From assembly GCA_016748015.1 (NCBI GenBank), contig JAAOMT010000283.1, forward strand, positions 128,108 through 192,107: DNA of 64,000 bases, in the 5' to 3' direction. Positions 9,499 through 22,847 of the stretch are shown one piece after another (the stretch's first letter is position 1; each line of letters begins with the position of its first letter). The stretch comes from Geosiphon pyriformis uo1 (Eukaryota; Fungi; Glomeromycota). The position numbers and the translations under genes are program-made. The notes under the pieces were generated by a model. That model saw only the letters and a list, made by a program, of their open reading frames with translations. It made no database searches and had not been told where the DNA came from.

Positions 9499-12460
9499 CT
9501 GTTCCAATGCTTAGAAAACATCATATTAACAGCTTGTACTATGGCATTTTTCAGCACTATTCATATTGTATTCAAGTCACTAATGTTTTTTGTATTTTCA
9601 AATATGTTTGACTTTACCAACAACTCAGCAGAAAATCACTCCTTAAAACATAACTATTGGACTTCATCTGTATTCTCTAACTTAAATTTTTAATCCCAAT
9701 TGGCCTATTTATAAGTGCTATTAAGATGAACATTCAAGAGTCTACTCAAATCAATTATAACCAAAACTGTTTTATGATCCATATCAAAAAACTTTAATAT
9801 ACAATTAATTTTATGGCATGTAATTACTAATGCCAGATTTTCATTTACAAAAATAAAATCCAGCATCTTTTTAACACCTTTAAAATTGCTTTAAGTAGAA
9901 GTTTTGGCCAATGAATATTTATTAAAAATATCAACCAAATCCAAATTCAAACAAAACTTGAAACTCACATTCCTTTTGGATTTATTCTTATTAAAGTTAT
10001 CATTCAAAACCATAAAAAAGCTAGAATTAACTGCATTAGAGATTATAAAGTTAATATTAAAGGCTTGACCAAAATGCACACCAATAGATGTATTAGTATA
10101 CAGATCTAAGATTATAACCAAAAGCTTGTTTTTAAACAAAAAATATACAGAAATCAACCAATCCAGAATTTTATACATTTTTGAAACATACTAAGTTAAA
10201 AAATTATTCATAATTATGGCAATTTTAGCACCAAAAAAATCAACATCCAAACCAAAAATGAAAATCTAAATTCCATCAAACTTATTTATGATTTATAACC
10301 TAATATTAGATTTTAATTTCATCTTAGTAATAAAAGAAACTATATTACCCGATTTTTTATGTCAACAAATAATGTCTTCCTGTTTTGTAGGGATATTAAT
10401 ACCTCAAACATTGTACATAGCAAATTTTCAAACTAAATTTGTTATTGAAAAGAGAAATTTTTTATACCCAAATTAGTATTGTTTATTTTGGTTATTAGGT
10501 TTATAATTGTGTTTGATAAATTGTTCAAAGTTTTTTTCAGTCTCAAAACAACCAAAAAATAAATATCCATTACTTTTATAACAGTCTCATTACTAGTGGC
10601 TACCCCTAAATTTTCACTTATTATTGTATTCATCTCTTGATTTTGTGATGAAAAAATTACCAACAGCTGAAATTCAGAACTAGACTAAGAAACTGTTGGT
10701 CTAAGTGTATTCAATCTCTTAGCCAGCTTGTCCATTTGCTTTGCAAGACTGTATTCAAGAGCAGAAAATCTAATATTCACTTTTAAAAAAACAGATAAAA
10801 CAGGTTTAATATTTAAAGATAAACCAATACTAAGAAAAATCAAAAACACCACACAAAAAACAAAATTATTAGCAACTTAAGTCCAAGTTTTTTTACCAAA
10901 AAATATTGAACAAACAATTAGTGTCTGCTTTTTTTTATATATGTTGATTAAACAGACCTAATTTTGAGAAGTCACCACATATCTGTCATAATTATTAGAA
11001 ATCTCACTTACTGAATACACATTAAAGATATAACCAAACTGTTTATACTAAGTACAGCAAGCCAAATAGAAACCAGTTCAATGCAAATTCACACTCTTAA
11101 AAACTAAAACAGAATTAATAGCAGCCATTTTAGATATCTCATCAGAAAAACAAATCATTGCACATCTATTATACACATATAAACTTTGATTATAGCCAAT
11201 AAAACAAGTTTTTCTATTATAAAAGTTCAACAAATCAGAAAGATTGTGAATAGTAGTTCTAATAGACAAAATATACAACAAAATCTAATATTGATTTCTT
11301 GAAATCCATAATTGTTTATTATTGATTGCCAAAGCTATATGCACAAAATTTTTTCTTATAAAAACTAACTATTTAGAAGTAATTAAATTGACAACATTCA
11401 ATAATTTAAATTCTACCAAGGCCTTTTTCCAAAGACTAATTAATTATATTTTGATTGAAACTATCTTACCAAATTTGGAAAAAACTAATTCCACAACCAA
11501 TTTGAGAAAATTCACTGGAATTTTCTTGACAATTATTTCCTAATTTAAATAACTGTTTGGCTTTCTAATATCATCATTTACCAAGATTTTCTTACTGATA
11601 GCCAGATTTTTAGCTTTTCTTAAACTTAATTCAGAAATAAAAGTAGATCTTATAATATTTGAAAATTTTAAGAAAATTAAAGTTTCTCCAAAACTATCAA
11701 TATGATAAAAAATTTTTTTAATAGCCAGCAATTTATTCTTACTGGTTTTTCTAAGTACAGCTAATAATTTAACATCTAAAGCAAAAAATTCAATTAGCAC
11801 AAAAATACATTTTTCTAAAACTCATAACTTATTAATTGGCAATTGCTTAAAGCTGGCAAATTTGAAAAACAAAAGTTCCAATATATTGTTATTATTACTT
11901 GTTATATCAAACTTTAATGCTTTTGGTAAGTAATCCAATACATATGTACAAATGCAAGTCTTCTTTAGTATAGTATTATCCATAATCTTATCACTTACTA
12001 AAGTGTCTGAATTAGCATAATTAATCTCTTCTGTAATTGTGTTTTTTATATTTTTAATATCTAAAAAACCACTAATACTATTAAAAATACTACTAATATC
12101 ACTTTTCTAAGACACTACAAATTTAATGCCAGATTCTACAATATCCTTCAAACTGATAGAACCAGCAAAAAAGTTAATTACAATACCATCAGCTTTAAGC
12201 TTTTTTGGCTTTTTATATAATATACTGCAAAAGTAAACATTTTTTACACACTTCTTTTTGGTATTAAAGCAAGTTTTCAAACCAGTTAAGCCAAAATTAA
12301 AGCCACCAACAGATGAGTTCACCAGTTCTATTACAACAAATAAAAGTGTGTTTGAAGAAATAAATAAGGAAAAAACAGAAAAAAAGAAAAAAAAAAGCTA
12401 TATCTTTAGTAGATAATTTACTCTTATCATGACCAGAAAATTAACAAAAATTAAAATATT
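9499..12460 (-). mobile_element. LINE copy 1: 5' portion (ORF1 and APE endonuclease), heavily mutated, cut by the Gypsy LTR
   Basis: Aligns with the copy at 45123 onward (eroded start ATA GAA CTG GTG at 12331). ORF1 FFALDV..KIFYHIDSFG; endonuclease LFKNKL..NDNFN..DMDH. Confidence 0.88.
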
Positions 12461-12536
12461 GAATTAATAACTTTAAAAACTGCTCTTTGAAAAATTTTAG
12501 ACATAAAAAAAAAAAGTTTTTTTCTTTGTAATTTAT

Positions 12537-15500
12537 ATTATTATTATTATTATTATTATTATTTAACGAGTGAAATCCAAACGCAACTTAGAACTATACA
12601 TCAAAGAAATGATCTAAACTAAGCACGAATCATGCATTTTCTACATGTGACCAGCCACTTGAGCCAGTCAGGACAACACTACACATCTATATTAACAGAA
12701 ACTGAGTCACCAATACGTGAGAAAAATAAACAAAATTTGTGAAAACCAAAATGGATGCCAAAAGCTTTAGCAATACCAAGCAATTTAACCACACCACCTG
12801 AGAACCTCAAAATTAAACCAGAAACTGAGACAAGAATTGAGCCATCCACCAGAATTAGGCCATTTTTTTCTATGTATGCGCAATGCTTAGCATGGACCAA
12901 CCAAATGTTATTCCTAAAAGCAACACAAAGGGAGCGTACAAAATCAGCAATTTTGATACCAGCAACCTTGGGATTATGGAAGACAGAAACAGCCTCCCAA
13001 AACCATCCTCTGAAAACAAAACCCTTGTAAAAAGCTAAGAACACCAGGAAATCTGAAGCACAGATTGACAGCAGCTGCAATACATTAGAAGAAGAGATGG
13101 AAAGACCAGAAATTGTTTTCCAAGAAGACATACAGGATTTCAAAACCCAATAACGAGCTGAATCATCAATTACACAAGAAAACACATGATCAGATACCTC
13201 CACCTCATCACAATACAGACACAGAACACTTGGGTAACATCTATCATAAACGCACTTTTGAACAGCCATGGGAAGCTGACAGTGCAAAGCCTTCATTAAA
13301 TAAGTATGAATGTCAGCAGTACACCTGCAGGTGAAACCTGTTGTCATATGCAAATCAGAATGCCAAACTTTGAAAAAGCTAGGCCAATTAACATCCAAGT
13401 GCAAATCTCTAGGTAGAAACTCAAAACTAGAACTGACCTCCCAATGCGCCTGACAAATAGCACGAAAAATATCCCAAATAAAGTGTCTAGAATTACCAGA
13501 CACAATACTATTATCCGTCAACAAAAAATGTTCATCAACATGAGGAGGGAGAAACCAATCACAGAGAGTTGCAGCGTCAGCGATGCTGTCAGCTTGATCA
13601 TTCTCCGATACACCAGAGTGATTCTTAACCTTGTGCCAGCTAACTCTTAAATTCTTACTGCAAATAACATTCCTAATATGCTGGTGCTTAACCCAGCACT
13701 GATTGCAAAAGTCAGGATACACCAAATCAACCTCTAACATGTAAACATCTAAGGCTGCCTGACTGTCTAAAAACAAACAAACAAAGCAAGCTACAGGTAT
13801 ACACTCCAGAGCCAATACTATAGCCTGTAATTCTGCCAAAGTAGATGATATTAAACTCTGAACACTAACACCCAAACCCAAGTTAATGTCCTCAAAAAAG
13901 GCAGCAGTCCCAGCCTTACAACCAGTCATGCCCAAATTTTTCAACAACCCATCCGTATACACAGACAAACTATCAGCATCAATCCAAGAAAGATGACCAC
14001 ATACAGACACAAAATCATTAGAACCACAAATGTTAACAGGACCAACACCAACTGAAACTGAGAAAGAAAAATGGGAGACCACAAGAAACTTGACTGAACA
14101 TTCAAATCACTTAGGGACTGGACCACAAGGATCCAGCCTCTTCCATCACTTAAAGATAAGCCAGCTAAAGACATTACCATGGTGATCCCGAAGCTGGTCC
14201 ACGAAGACAACACCATAATGCTGAAGAGACAACAAAAACTTTAAAAACAAAGACTCGCCAAGAACAATAGGCATAGGAATCCCACTGCGAAACCAGAAAG
14301 CACTGGCCAAAGAACCACCCAAAGACAGCTTGCAGTCAAGAAGGATGGAAACCACACCAGCCAAGAAATTATTAGAAACACTGATGCAAATGCGAGTAGG
14401 AGAGATCAATGGGTGAATAGGCTGCCAGCACAAAACTTGCAAGTTATGAAACCTGTGATTGAAAATATGCCCCAAAATTCTAATAAAGTTTGCAAAACTG
14501 ATAAGTGAAGCAATCTTACTTTCTGACTGACACTGTGAAAAGGACTTCAAATCATAAAAAGAAGAATAATGGATTGTATCACTAGAAAAATCTTGCAGGA
14601 GACTAGATTTAAGTTTCAAACATTTGCAAACCAGAGCATCCCATTTGTTGCACATGCCAACAGGAACCAAGCTGAACTGGGTTCTATAGCTGATTATAGA
14701 ATGAAGGACCACTGACACCAGATACAAAAATTGTTTATCCAAAACCACCTTCCTCAAGACCAAATTAGTAAAAAAACAAACATCTGAATTTGCCTTAGCC
14801 AAACTAGGCCTCGAAAGACCCTCAGTCAAGAGAAAAATACCCAAGTACTGATAAGATTCACTCCTTTTGGCAATGGAGATTGGTGAACCATTGATGGAGA
14901 GAAAAGGATTGCTGACCCTATTATTGATGGGAATTGCCACTGTCTTGTCGTTATTGATAGAAATGTTATTAATATGAAAAAATTTGCCAGCTACATTGAG
15001 AATATGTTGAGTAGCACTTTGACTGCTACCAACTCAGATTGTATCATCAACAAAAGCACCAGCAGCAAAAAAAAGAAGATAGCCCAGCCTGAGATTCGAT
15101 ATGACCACTTTTAGACACAAAATAAGAATTCAACCTGTATCCATACACACTTCCTTGACGCTTGACTTCACACAATAGAGGGTTATAAAATATACACCAC
15201 AGAAGAGGAGAAAAAACCTCTCCTTGATTCAGACCATCATGCACATAATAGCCATCTGTCAAACCAAAATCTGTCATCACACAGTTGGTGCAATTCTTAT
15301 GAATACTGCCAAAAAACCAAATAAATTTGCTACACATCTTAATCTTAACCAAACTCTTTTCGAGATGTTTCCAGCCAACCAAATCATAAGTTTTTTGCAT
15401 GTCCTATAAAACCAACCAGAGCTCCTGGTTTTTCTCCAAAGCATCTTCAACAACTGAACCAATAGCAAAAATAGATAACTGAGTTGCTGTACCCTTTAAA

Positions 15501-18500
15501 ACTGAAAAATTGTCACCACATAGCATGTCATGAGAGCTGCAAGCCAGTGAGATCCTGTCCGAAAGAATCTTGGAGAGAATTTTGCAGGCAGTTTCGATCA
15601 AAGCAATAAGATGAGTATTCGTGAAAACACCCTCCCACTCATAGGGCTTGGGAATCATCGAAACCCAAGCCTCTCTCCAAGAACCAGGTATTGATTCACA
15701 AGATAGACAAGAATTCAACAGAACTAAAAGCAAACCCAAAACTGACTTATCACAATGTTTCCATAGTTCATTAGAGATACTCAAAAGACCAGCAGCTTTG
15801 CTGTCAGACAGATTAAAGACCACATGATACAACTTGTCAAAATCAATCGCACACATCACCCCAAAAAAAGCCTCATCAAAAACATAGTCCAAAGATCAGT
15901 ACTAATGAGACTAAGCATCAGAGACATCATTAACCACCAACTGCTTTCTGGTCCATCTTTCCATAATATCATCAACTTTAGATTTTACCAAATCAGGCTC
16001 AAAAATTAACTCGTTGCCCATGACTAAATGATCCAAAACCACCTTGCGGAAGGGTCATTCCAGCACATTTCTGATTGTGTGACTTTTATCCACCTCAAAA
16101 TTCTCCATCCTCCTATCTATAACAGACCTGATGTTTGCTTCTTTAGCCCTCAAAGATTCAGTGAGCTTGGATGTGCAATAAGATCTTCTAGCACTAAAGA
16201 GAGCAGAATGAACGACATCAGCACCAGCACCAGAATCCATCAAACCCTGCACAACCAAAGCCTTAACATTATCCAAAGAAACCCAACGTTCCATAAAAGA
16301 CTCAAAATTTGCAACACACTCCTCATGTGAGGCCTTGACAATCTTGGAAACCAAAAGCTCCAATTTGTAAAATCTCAAAGATTCCTTGGTAAAAACATTA
16401 TCAAAGCTCTTGAACCACTTTTTCTTAAACACTTCACTAGCTGAAAAAACCAATATCTTGTAAACAATGTCTCACATTGCATCTAAGTCTGAAAACCATG
16501 CAAAGGTAGTGAACTTATTTAAGAACATCGTTGCATTGGCCAATATAGCACCTTTAAAATTGTTCCATCTAATCTCATCAGCACCCTTAAAATCGAACTT
16601 TCAATAATCCTTATTTGCCTGTTTTCAAAGAGAATTCAACTGCGCATCCAAAAGTCCACCCAAGCCTATGGACACAGAAACAGCCTGGTAATCTATGTTA
16701 TAATGTTTGCCAACCTCCAAAACATCACAATGTACGATTGCACTGACCAGATTTGAGGAAACAAACACGTAATTAATAGTCTTCTTTACACCTCTTGAAT
16801 TCTCTCACATAGGACTTTTCACAACTGAACTACCTGTCAGAGAGTTGACTAGCCCCAAATTAAGGCACTTCCTAAAACTTGCACTTTTACACAAACCATT
16901 TTTATTGAAATTACCCCCAAAAATGATGAAAGAAGATTTATTAACAGCCTTTGTGATGAGAGAGTTAATCTCACCAGTCTGAGAAAACCACACCACCAAT
17001 GAAGTGTCTGTGTAAAGCCCCAAAATCGATACCAAAAGTTTATTCTTAAACAGCAACTTGATGAATAGGAGCCAGCCAGGCACCTCAGAAACCTTACACA
17101 CATGTCTCGTCAAAGAAAAATTCATGACAATCACAACACCAGCACCCAGATAACCAAAATCCAAGCCAGATGTAAACACTCTTACACCACCAAATTTGTT
17201 AATGATCCAGGGGCGAACTCTCTCCTTTAACTTTGTTTCCATGAAAATTGAAATCAAATTGTTCATGTCATTGTGCCAACAAATAATGTCAACCTGTTTC
17301 ACAGGATTGGTCATTCTTTTAACATTACATGTGACAACCTTCCAAACAAGCTCACTCATTAAGAAGAGAGTTGAGAGTTTGCACCACCAGCCAAAACCGA
17401 ACTTTCAAAACGAGCAGACAAGCTTAACACAGATTTGGAGAATCCTTCCAACATATTTTCCAACCTGGTAACTTGGACGGACACCAATAAATCCACAATT
17501 GCAGCAGTCTCATCACTAATGATCTCACCCGAAGCCATTCTTATCACTATATCACCCTCTGGATTCTGTAATGGAAAAGTCACTGGCAGCTGACATCCAG
17601 GGCTAGGCTGGAAAACTGCTGGCACGAGTGAATCCAACCTCTTAGCCAACTCACCAATTTGTCCTGCAAGGCTGATGAGACTGCTTTCAATACTGATTAG
17701 ATGTTCTTCCAATTCACCTACAATGGGAGGAAAAGATTCACTATTAATAATGAAACCAAATTGTGACTTGTTACCAGAGGGGAAGGAAGTGGGAGAGGCA
17801 CCAACAACCGACGCCCAAGTTTTACCACTGAATGCCAGAGGTTGAAAGATAGGAGCAGATTTCTTCACGTAAATTCTCACCAGCCTGAGCTGGTCCTGAG
17901 CCGAAAGGGCAGCCCTTCTACCATTCAGAACTGCAACATCCTTGACAAACCTACAACTAAGAGACGTATGACCAAAATTTTTGCAAACCACACACAATGC
18001 CAAAGAAAGACGAGACCAGTGGAGACTAACATCTTTTATAACCAGAGTTACTGCTATTGCATTAACCAGATCCAATTCAGAACCAAAACACACAGAGGCA
18101 CAACAGGCACGAGAATAATTCGAGGGATTGCGATCAATGAAGCAAGTTTTCCCATTGATGAAACCAATAAAATCCCACAAATCATGAGCTGTGGTTCCTA
18201 CAGAAAGAGTGTGTAGCAAAGCCCTAAAACTATCCCTGGCATCCCATGATTGTTTGTTAATATCAGCCCTGACCACACAAACCACATCTTTCCCAATGAA
18301 AATGAACCACTTAGAAGCCAATAAATCAGCCTGTGTTTGATCTTCTAATTCGATGATCACCTTTTGCCATAAACCCACCAACTACATTTTGATCATCTTA
18401 ATCTTCCCAAATTCAGACACCACAGCATGCACAGTCTCCACAAAAGTTCCCACCGGAATTTCTTTCAACACAATAGCCCGATTCATATGATTGTCACCAG

Positions 18501-19315
18501 AGCACTTGAGATCGGTGTTTATCACAACACCATGATCATTTGCCAATTTTGCTACTGCCATCATCATCTTTTCAGAAGTAAAAGACATCCGAATAATACC
18601 ACCAAATTTTGAGGGAGTAGAGGCCCCCCCAAAACCATTTACACCAGAAAAAATTTTTCTGACATAAGCTAGTTTCTCTTAAGACGACTTGCTAGCAACC
18701 ACTCCAAGATCAATATCTAGAGCAAAAAATTTCCTGATTGAGACCTGCACTGTATGTTTAAGAAAGAGAGGAGGTGAGAGAGAGAGTGACCCATCCAAAA
18801 TATCATCATCATTATTATTTTCCATGCTGAAGTTAATAGTGCCAAGAGGCTTCTTAAGAGTATGCTTGATAACAATTTTTTTGGAACCCTTAGATGTTAT
18901 ATCAGTATCAACACCACCAAACTCTTCTCCACTTTTTTGCCTGAAGTTAGTTTTTTCCACCAGATATTCTTCCTCCATATCAATGCTATCGGACTCAGTG
19001 GTATTGCCAGTTTCTGAACTCCATGAATGATTATTCTGAACCTTAGTACCAACAACCTTGTCATCAGCACTATCTTCTAAAGCACTATTTCTTCTCTTTT
19101 TTCTTGGAAGGACAGGTTTGAAGCCATCATTAAAGCCAGAAACTTTAACAGTCTTCTTTATAACAGCAATACTACAGCCAACAGTGGCCTCGTAGTTAAA
19201 AATAAAGGGTTTGAATTTATTGTACTGAATTGCAAAAACAACTTCTTTTTTAAAAAAAAAAACTTTTGAATCTTTTTTAGGAATTTTGGATGAAGGAAAA
19301 AAAGAAGTTTTTTTA
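12537..19315 (-). mobile_element. LINE copy 2: near full length, (TAA)n tail
   Basis: ORF1 (about 19200-17359) with RRM-like segments and CCHC CVVCKNFGHTSLSC. ORF2 (17359-12679). Conserved 3' UTR, then a (TAA)n tail at 12537-12563. Confidence 0.95.
12679..17359 (-). pseudogene. LINE ORF2: APE endonuclease, RT, RNase H, C-terminal zinc knuckle
   Basis: WKVVTCNVK, ETKL, GGNFN; IPKP, QGEVFSPLLW, FVDD, YLGI; VYTDG, AELQA, DSQA, KVKNHSG..NDQAD; CLYCDEVEVSDHVFSC. Confidence 0.93.
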
Positions 19316-19998
19316 TTTTATATTTATTTTAGATTATTTAATATAATATGTTATATTAAATAATATTTAGACTTTATTCATTAAAATAAAATAAAATAAA
19401 ATAAAAAAATTTTAAGTTAATTTTTATTTAAAAAAAAATATTAATAATATTATAATTTTATTATTTTATATAATTTTTTTATAATTTTTATCTTTTTTTT
19501 CTTTTTGTATATTATAAAATAAATTTATATAACCAGTAACATAATTATATTATTTAATAATAATGTTTAAATCTGTAGTATTATTAAATAATAATAGTTA
19601 AAAACAATTATAATAACTTAATTAAATATTAATTAATAACAAATATTATTATTAACAACAATATTTAAAAAACTTTTTACAAATAAAAAAATTTTTAAAA
19701 TTTTTAATTAAGTAATATTTAGTTAATAATATTAAAAAAATTGGTTTTTATAATGTAAACACAATTGGTAAAAATTAGAAATTGACTGAAATATTAAAAT
19801 AATTCTTTTTAAAATGGGAATTATAATTTTTTTATAAATTAAAAATAATATATTTTTTAAAATTTTGAATTTAAAACTTAATTTTGTATTTAATTTCCAA
19901 AAAAATCAGTATAAATAATGTTGTTTGTCATTTTTTTGATCTTAATTTTTTTAGAATTTAAGAAAGTAAACAAAAACAAAACCCGTTTCTACGCGACA

Positions 19999-21312
19999 AT
20001 GTCAGTGCAAGAAGTAATAAACCAGTTCTTTAAGAAAAATTCCGCTTGGTCATTACTTTCGTTTCTTAGTTACAGAAAAGGAGTCGACAATTTCACATAT
20101 AACAAAGGAAAGGAGCATCGGCTGTACATAAGTGCTCTGAATTTGTTATCTGAAGACGACGCTCATGCTCAAAGATGTCTTCTTAGTTACGAGGTCGAGT
20201 ATTGCCGTTTGAAGTATGGGGTGGGCGGGTTCAAGGACTAGAATACGTTCCGGTCCCGGAACAACTACGTGACGTATTGACAAGGGGAAGGGGCGTTATG
20301 CTTCTTCTCTGAAAGCTTTTCACTTTCGCTGTTGCTATAACAACAAAGGAAGAGGTGTTATGCTTCTTTTCATTGTTGTTGTAACAAGGGGAAGGGGCAT
20401 TATGTTTCTTCTCTGAAAGCTTTTCGCTTTCGCTGTTGTAATAAGGGAAAGGGGCGTTATGCTTCTTTTTGCTGTTGTTGTAACAAGAGGAAGAAGTCTT
20501 TCACTTTTCGCTTTCACTGTTAATAAAGAGTAAGGCATTATGCTCTTTCTCTGTTGCTACTTCTTTTCTAATACAATTTACCACACTATATTATGTTAGA
20601 TGGAAGTCAATGAAAAAAATATTGTTTCTTTCTGGCTTAATAACACTCAAAAACAACATAGTGAGGACATAATCAACATTTCTGATGATGAAAGCGAAGA
20701 TGAGAAAGAACTGGATCCTAAAATCATTCGCTCAAAAATAGAAGCACGGCGTAAAACATCCGAGTACATCGCTGATATACACAAGCAAGAGTAAGTTTTT
20801 ATTATTGATTTTATTATCTGCTGTTTATAAAATATTCTTATTGATATATTTGATAGTCTGTTACGGTACAACATTTTGGACACGATCAATTTGTCAGCGA
20901 CGAAGGCACGTGAACTTTTCAAGGATACTTGGTATGATATGATTGCAAAATTTGAAGCAGCCTTGAAGTCTGATGCAAAACCTGTAGAAGATAAAGAGAA
21001 TGTAAAACCTGAGGAAGTAAAAGTATATACAAGCAATATTTTGAAAACGACAGTAAGTAAATATTACTTATTGTTTCCATTATAGTTTTCATTATTTCCA
21101 GGTTTTTCATTATTATTTTTCCAGAGGACTATCAAAAAACTGCGTGAAGTTGTTAAAACTGCACGTGGAGAGTTGCGTTCAGGCGAAAACTTGAGATGGA
21201 AGAGGCGAACTCTAGCATTGGCAAAAGTTTTGTAAGTATTTTTTCTGGCCGCTATTCTATGATCAAAATCTATGCTAATATTTGATTTTATAGCCGAGAT
21301 CAATTCCGAAAT
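19999..21312 (+). CDS. Spliced hypothetical protein, 3' end lost in the assembly gap
   Basis: Exons 19999-20193, 20600-20790, 20856-21052, 21125-21231 and 21294-gap join in frame with GT..AG introns (MSVQEVINQFF...LLSYE/MEVNEKNIVSFW...KQD/LLRYNILD...KTT/RTIKKLR...KVF/RDQFRN). CpG-normal composition. Confidence 0.7.
20238..20600 (-). mobile_element. Candidate non-autonomous Helitron containing a minisatellite, inside intron 1
   Basis: Minus strand reads A|TCTAACATAATATAG...GTTCC-CGGGACC-GGAAC-GTATT-CTAG|T, i.e. TC start, subterminal hairpin, CTAG end and AT target. Internal ~40-60 bp repeats at 20279-20560. Confidence 0.45.
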
Positions 21313-22226
21313 NNNNNNNNNNNNNNNNNNNNNNNNNNNNNNNNNNNNNNNNNNNNNNNNNNNNNNNNNNNNNNNNNNNNNNNNNNNNNNNNNNNNNNNN
21401 NNNNNNNNNNNNNNNNNNNNNNNNNNNNNNNNNNNNNNNNNNNNNNNNNNNNNNNNNNNNNNNNNNNNNNNNNNNNNNNNNNNNNNNNNNNNNNNNNNNN
21501 NNNNNNNNNNNNNNNNNNNNNNNNNNNNNNNNNNNNNNNNNNNNNNNNNNNNNNNNNNNNNNNNNNNNNNNNNNNNNNNNNNNNNNNNNNNNNNNNNNNN
21601 NNNNNNNNNNNNNNNNNNNNNNNNNNNNNNNNNNNNNNNNNNNNNNNNNNNNNNNNNNNNNNNNNNNNNNNNNNNNNNNNNNNNNNNNNNNNNNNNNNNN
21701 NNNNNNNNNNNNNNNNNNNNNNNNNNNNNNNNNNNNNNNNNNNNNNNNNNNNNNNNNNNNNNNNNNNNNNNNNNNNNNNNNNNNNNNNNNNNNNNNNNNN
21801 NNNNNNNNNNNNNNNNNNNNNNNNNNNNNNNNNNNNNNNNNNNNNNNNNNNNNNNNNNNNNNNNNNNNNNNNNNNNNNNNNNNNNNNNNNNNNNNNNNNN
21901 NNNNNNNNNNNNNNNNNNNNNNNNNNNNNNNNNNNNNNNNNNNNNNNNNNNNNNNNNNNNNNNNNNNNNNNNNNNNNNNNNNNNNNNNNNNNNNNNNNNN
22001 NNNNNNNNNNNNNNNNNNNNNNNNNNNNNNNNNNNNNNNNNNNNNNNNNNNNNNNNNNNNNNNNNNNNNNNNNNNNNNNNNNNNNNNNNNNNNNNNNNNN
22101 NNNNNNNNNNNNNNNNNNNNNNNNNNNNNNNNNNNNNNNNNNNNNNNNNNNNNNNNNNNNNNNNNNNNNNNNNNNNNNNNNNNNNNNNNNNNNNNNNNNN
22201 NNNNNNNNNNNNNNNNNNNNNNNNNN
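21313..22226. other. Assembly gap (914 N)
   Basis: Run of N. Confidence 1.
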
Positions 22227-22847
22227 ATTTCAATAGGATTCGAATAATTTTTCGTAACTAAATCAATGCGCTTTTCACGATCCCAAATGATCTTATTAGT
22301 TTGTACTGCTTTATAATAACGAACTCGATGGAACTGTAAATGTAAAGTTTGATTGGACGAAACTGAAATTAGACAAAAAAAAGTAACAAAAAATAAAACC
22401 ATTCCAATTATAACTTGCCGGGATTTCATCTGCTTCAAATTCCTTTCTAGATGTCTCGATTACACCCAAAAATCTCTGCAGATTAAATTATTCATTTATC
22501 AATATCTAAATTCTTTTTTTATTAAACCCTATTTCCCTTACATCTTCATAACCGATCAAAAATTCTCCACCAGGTACACAGTCAAAGTCCCATAAAAGAC
22601 GGTTATAAATTTCATGGGCTGGTTTTAAACGTTGCATAATATTAAATATTTCTCTTGAAAATAGAAAAAAGAGTCAAAACTAATTTTAAAAGAAAAAGCT
22701 CAAAAGGTGAACAAATGAATCCGATAGATACAACATTTAAATAAAATTTGTGTTACTTTTAACTGCGCAACAAAAATTAATTATAGAAGCGCAGTTTATT
22801 TATGATAAATTTATCATTCCATACGATTATCAATATCTTTTTTAAAT

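Noticed and set aside
21064-22438. Three long ORFs (329-389 aa) in the ORF track
   Set aside because: Artefacts of translating the N gap.
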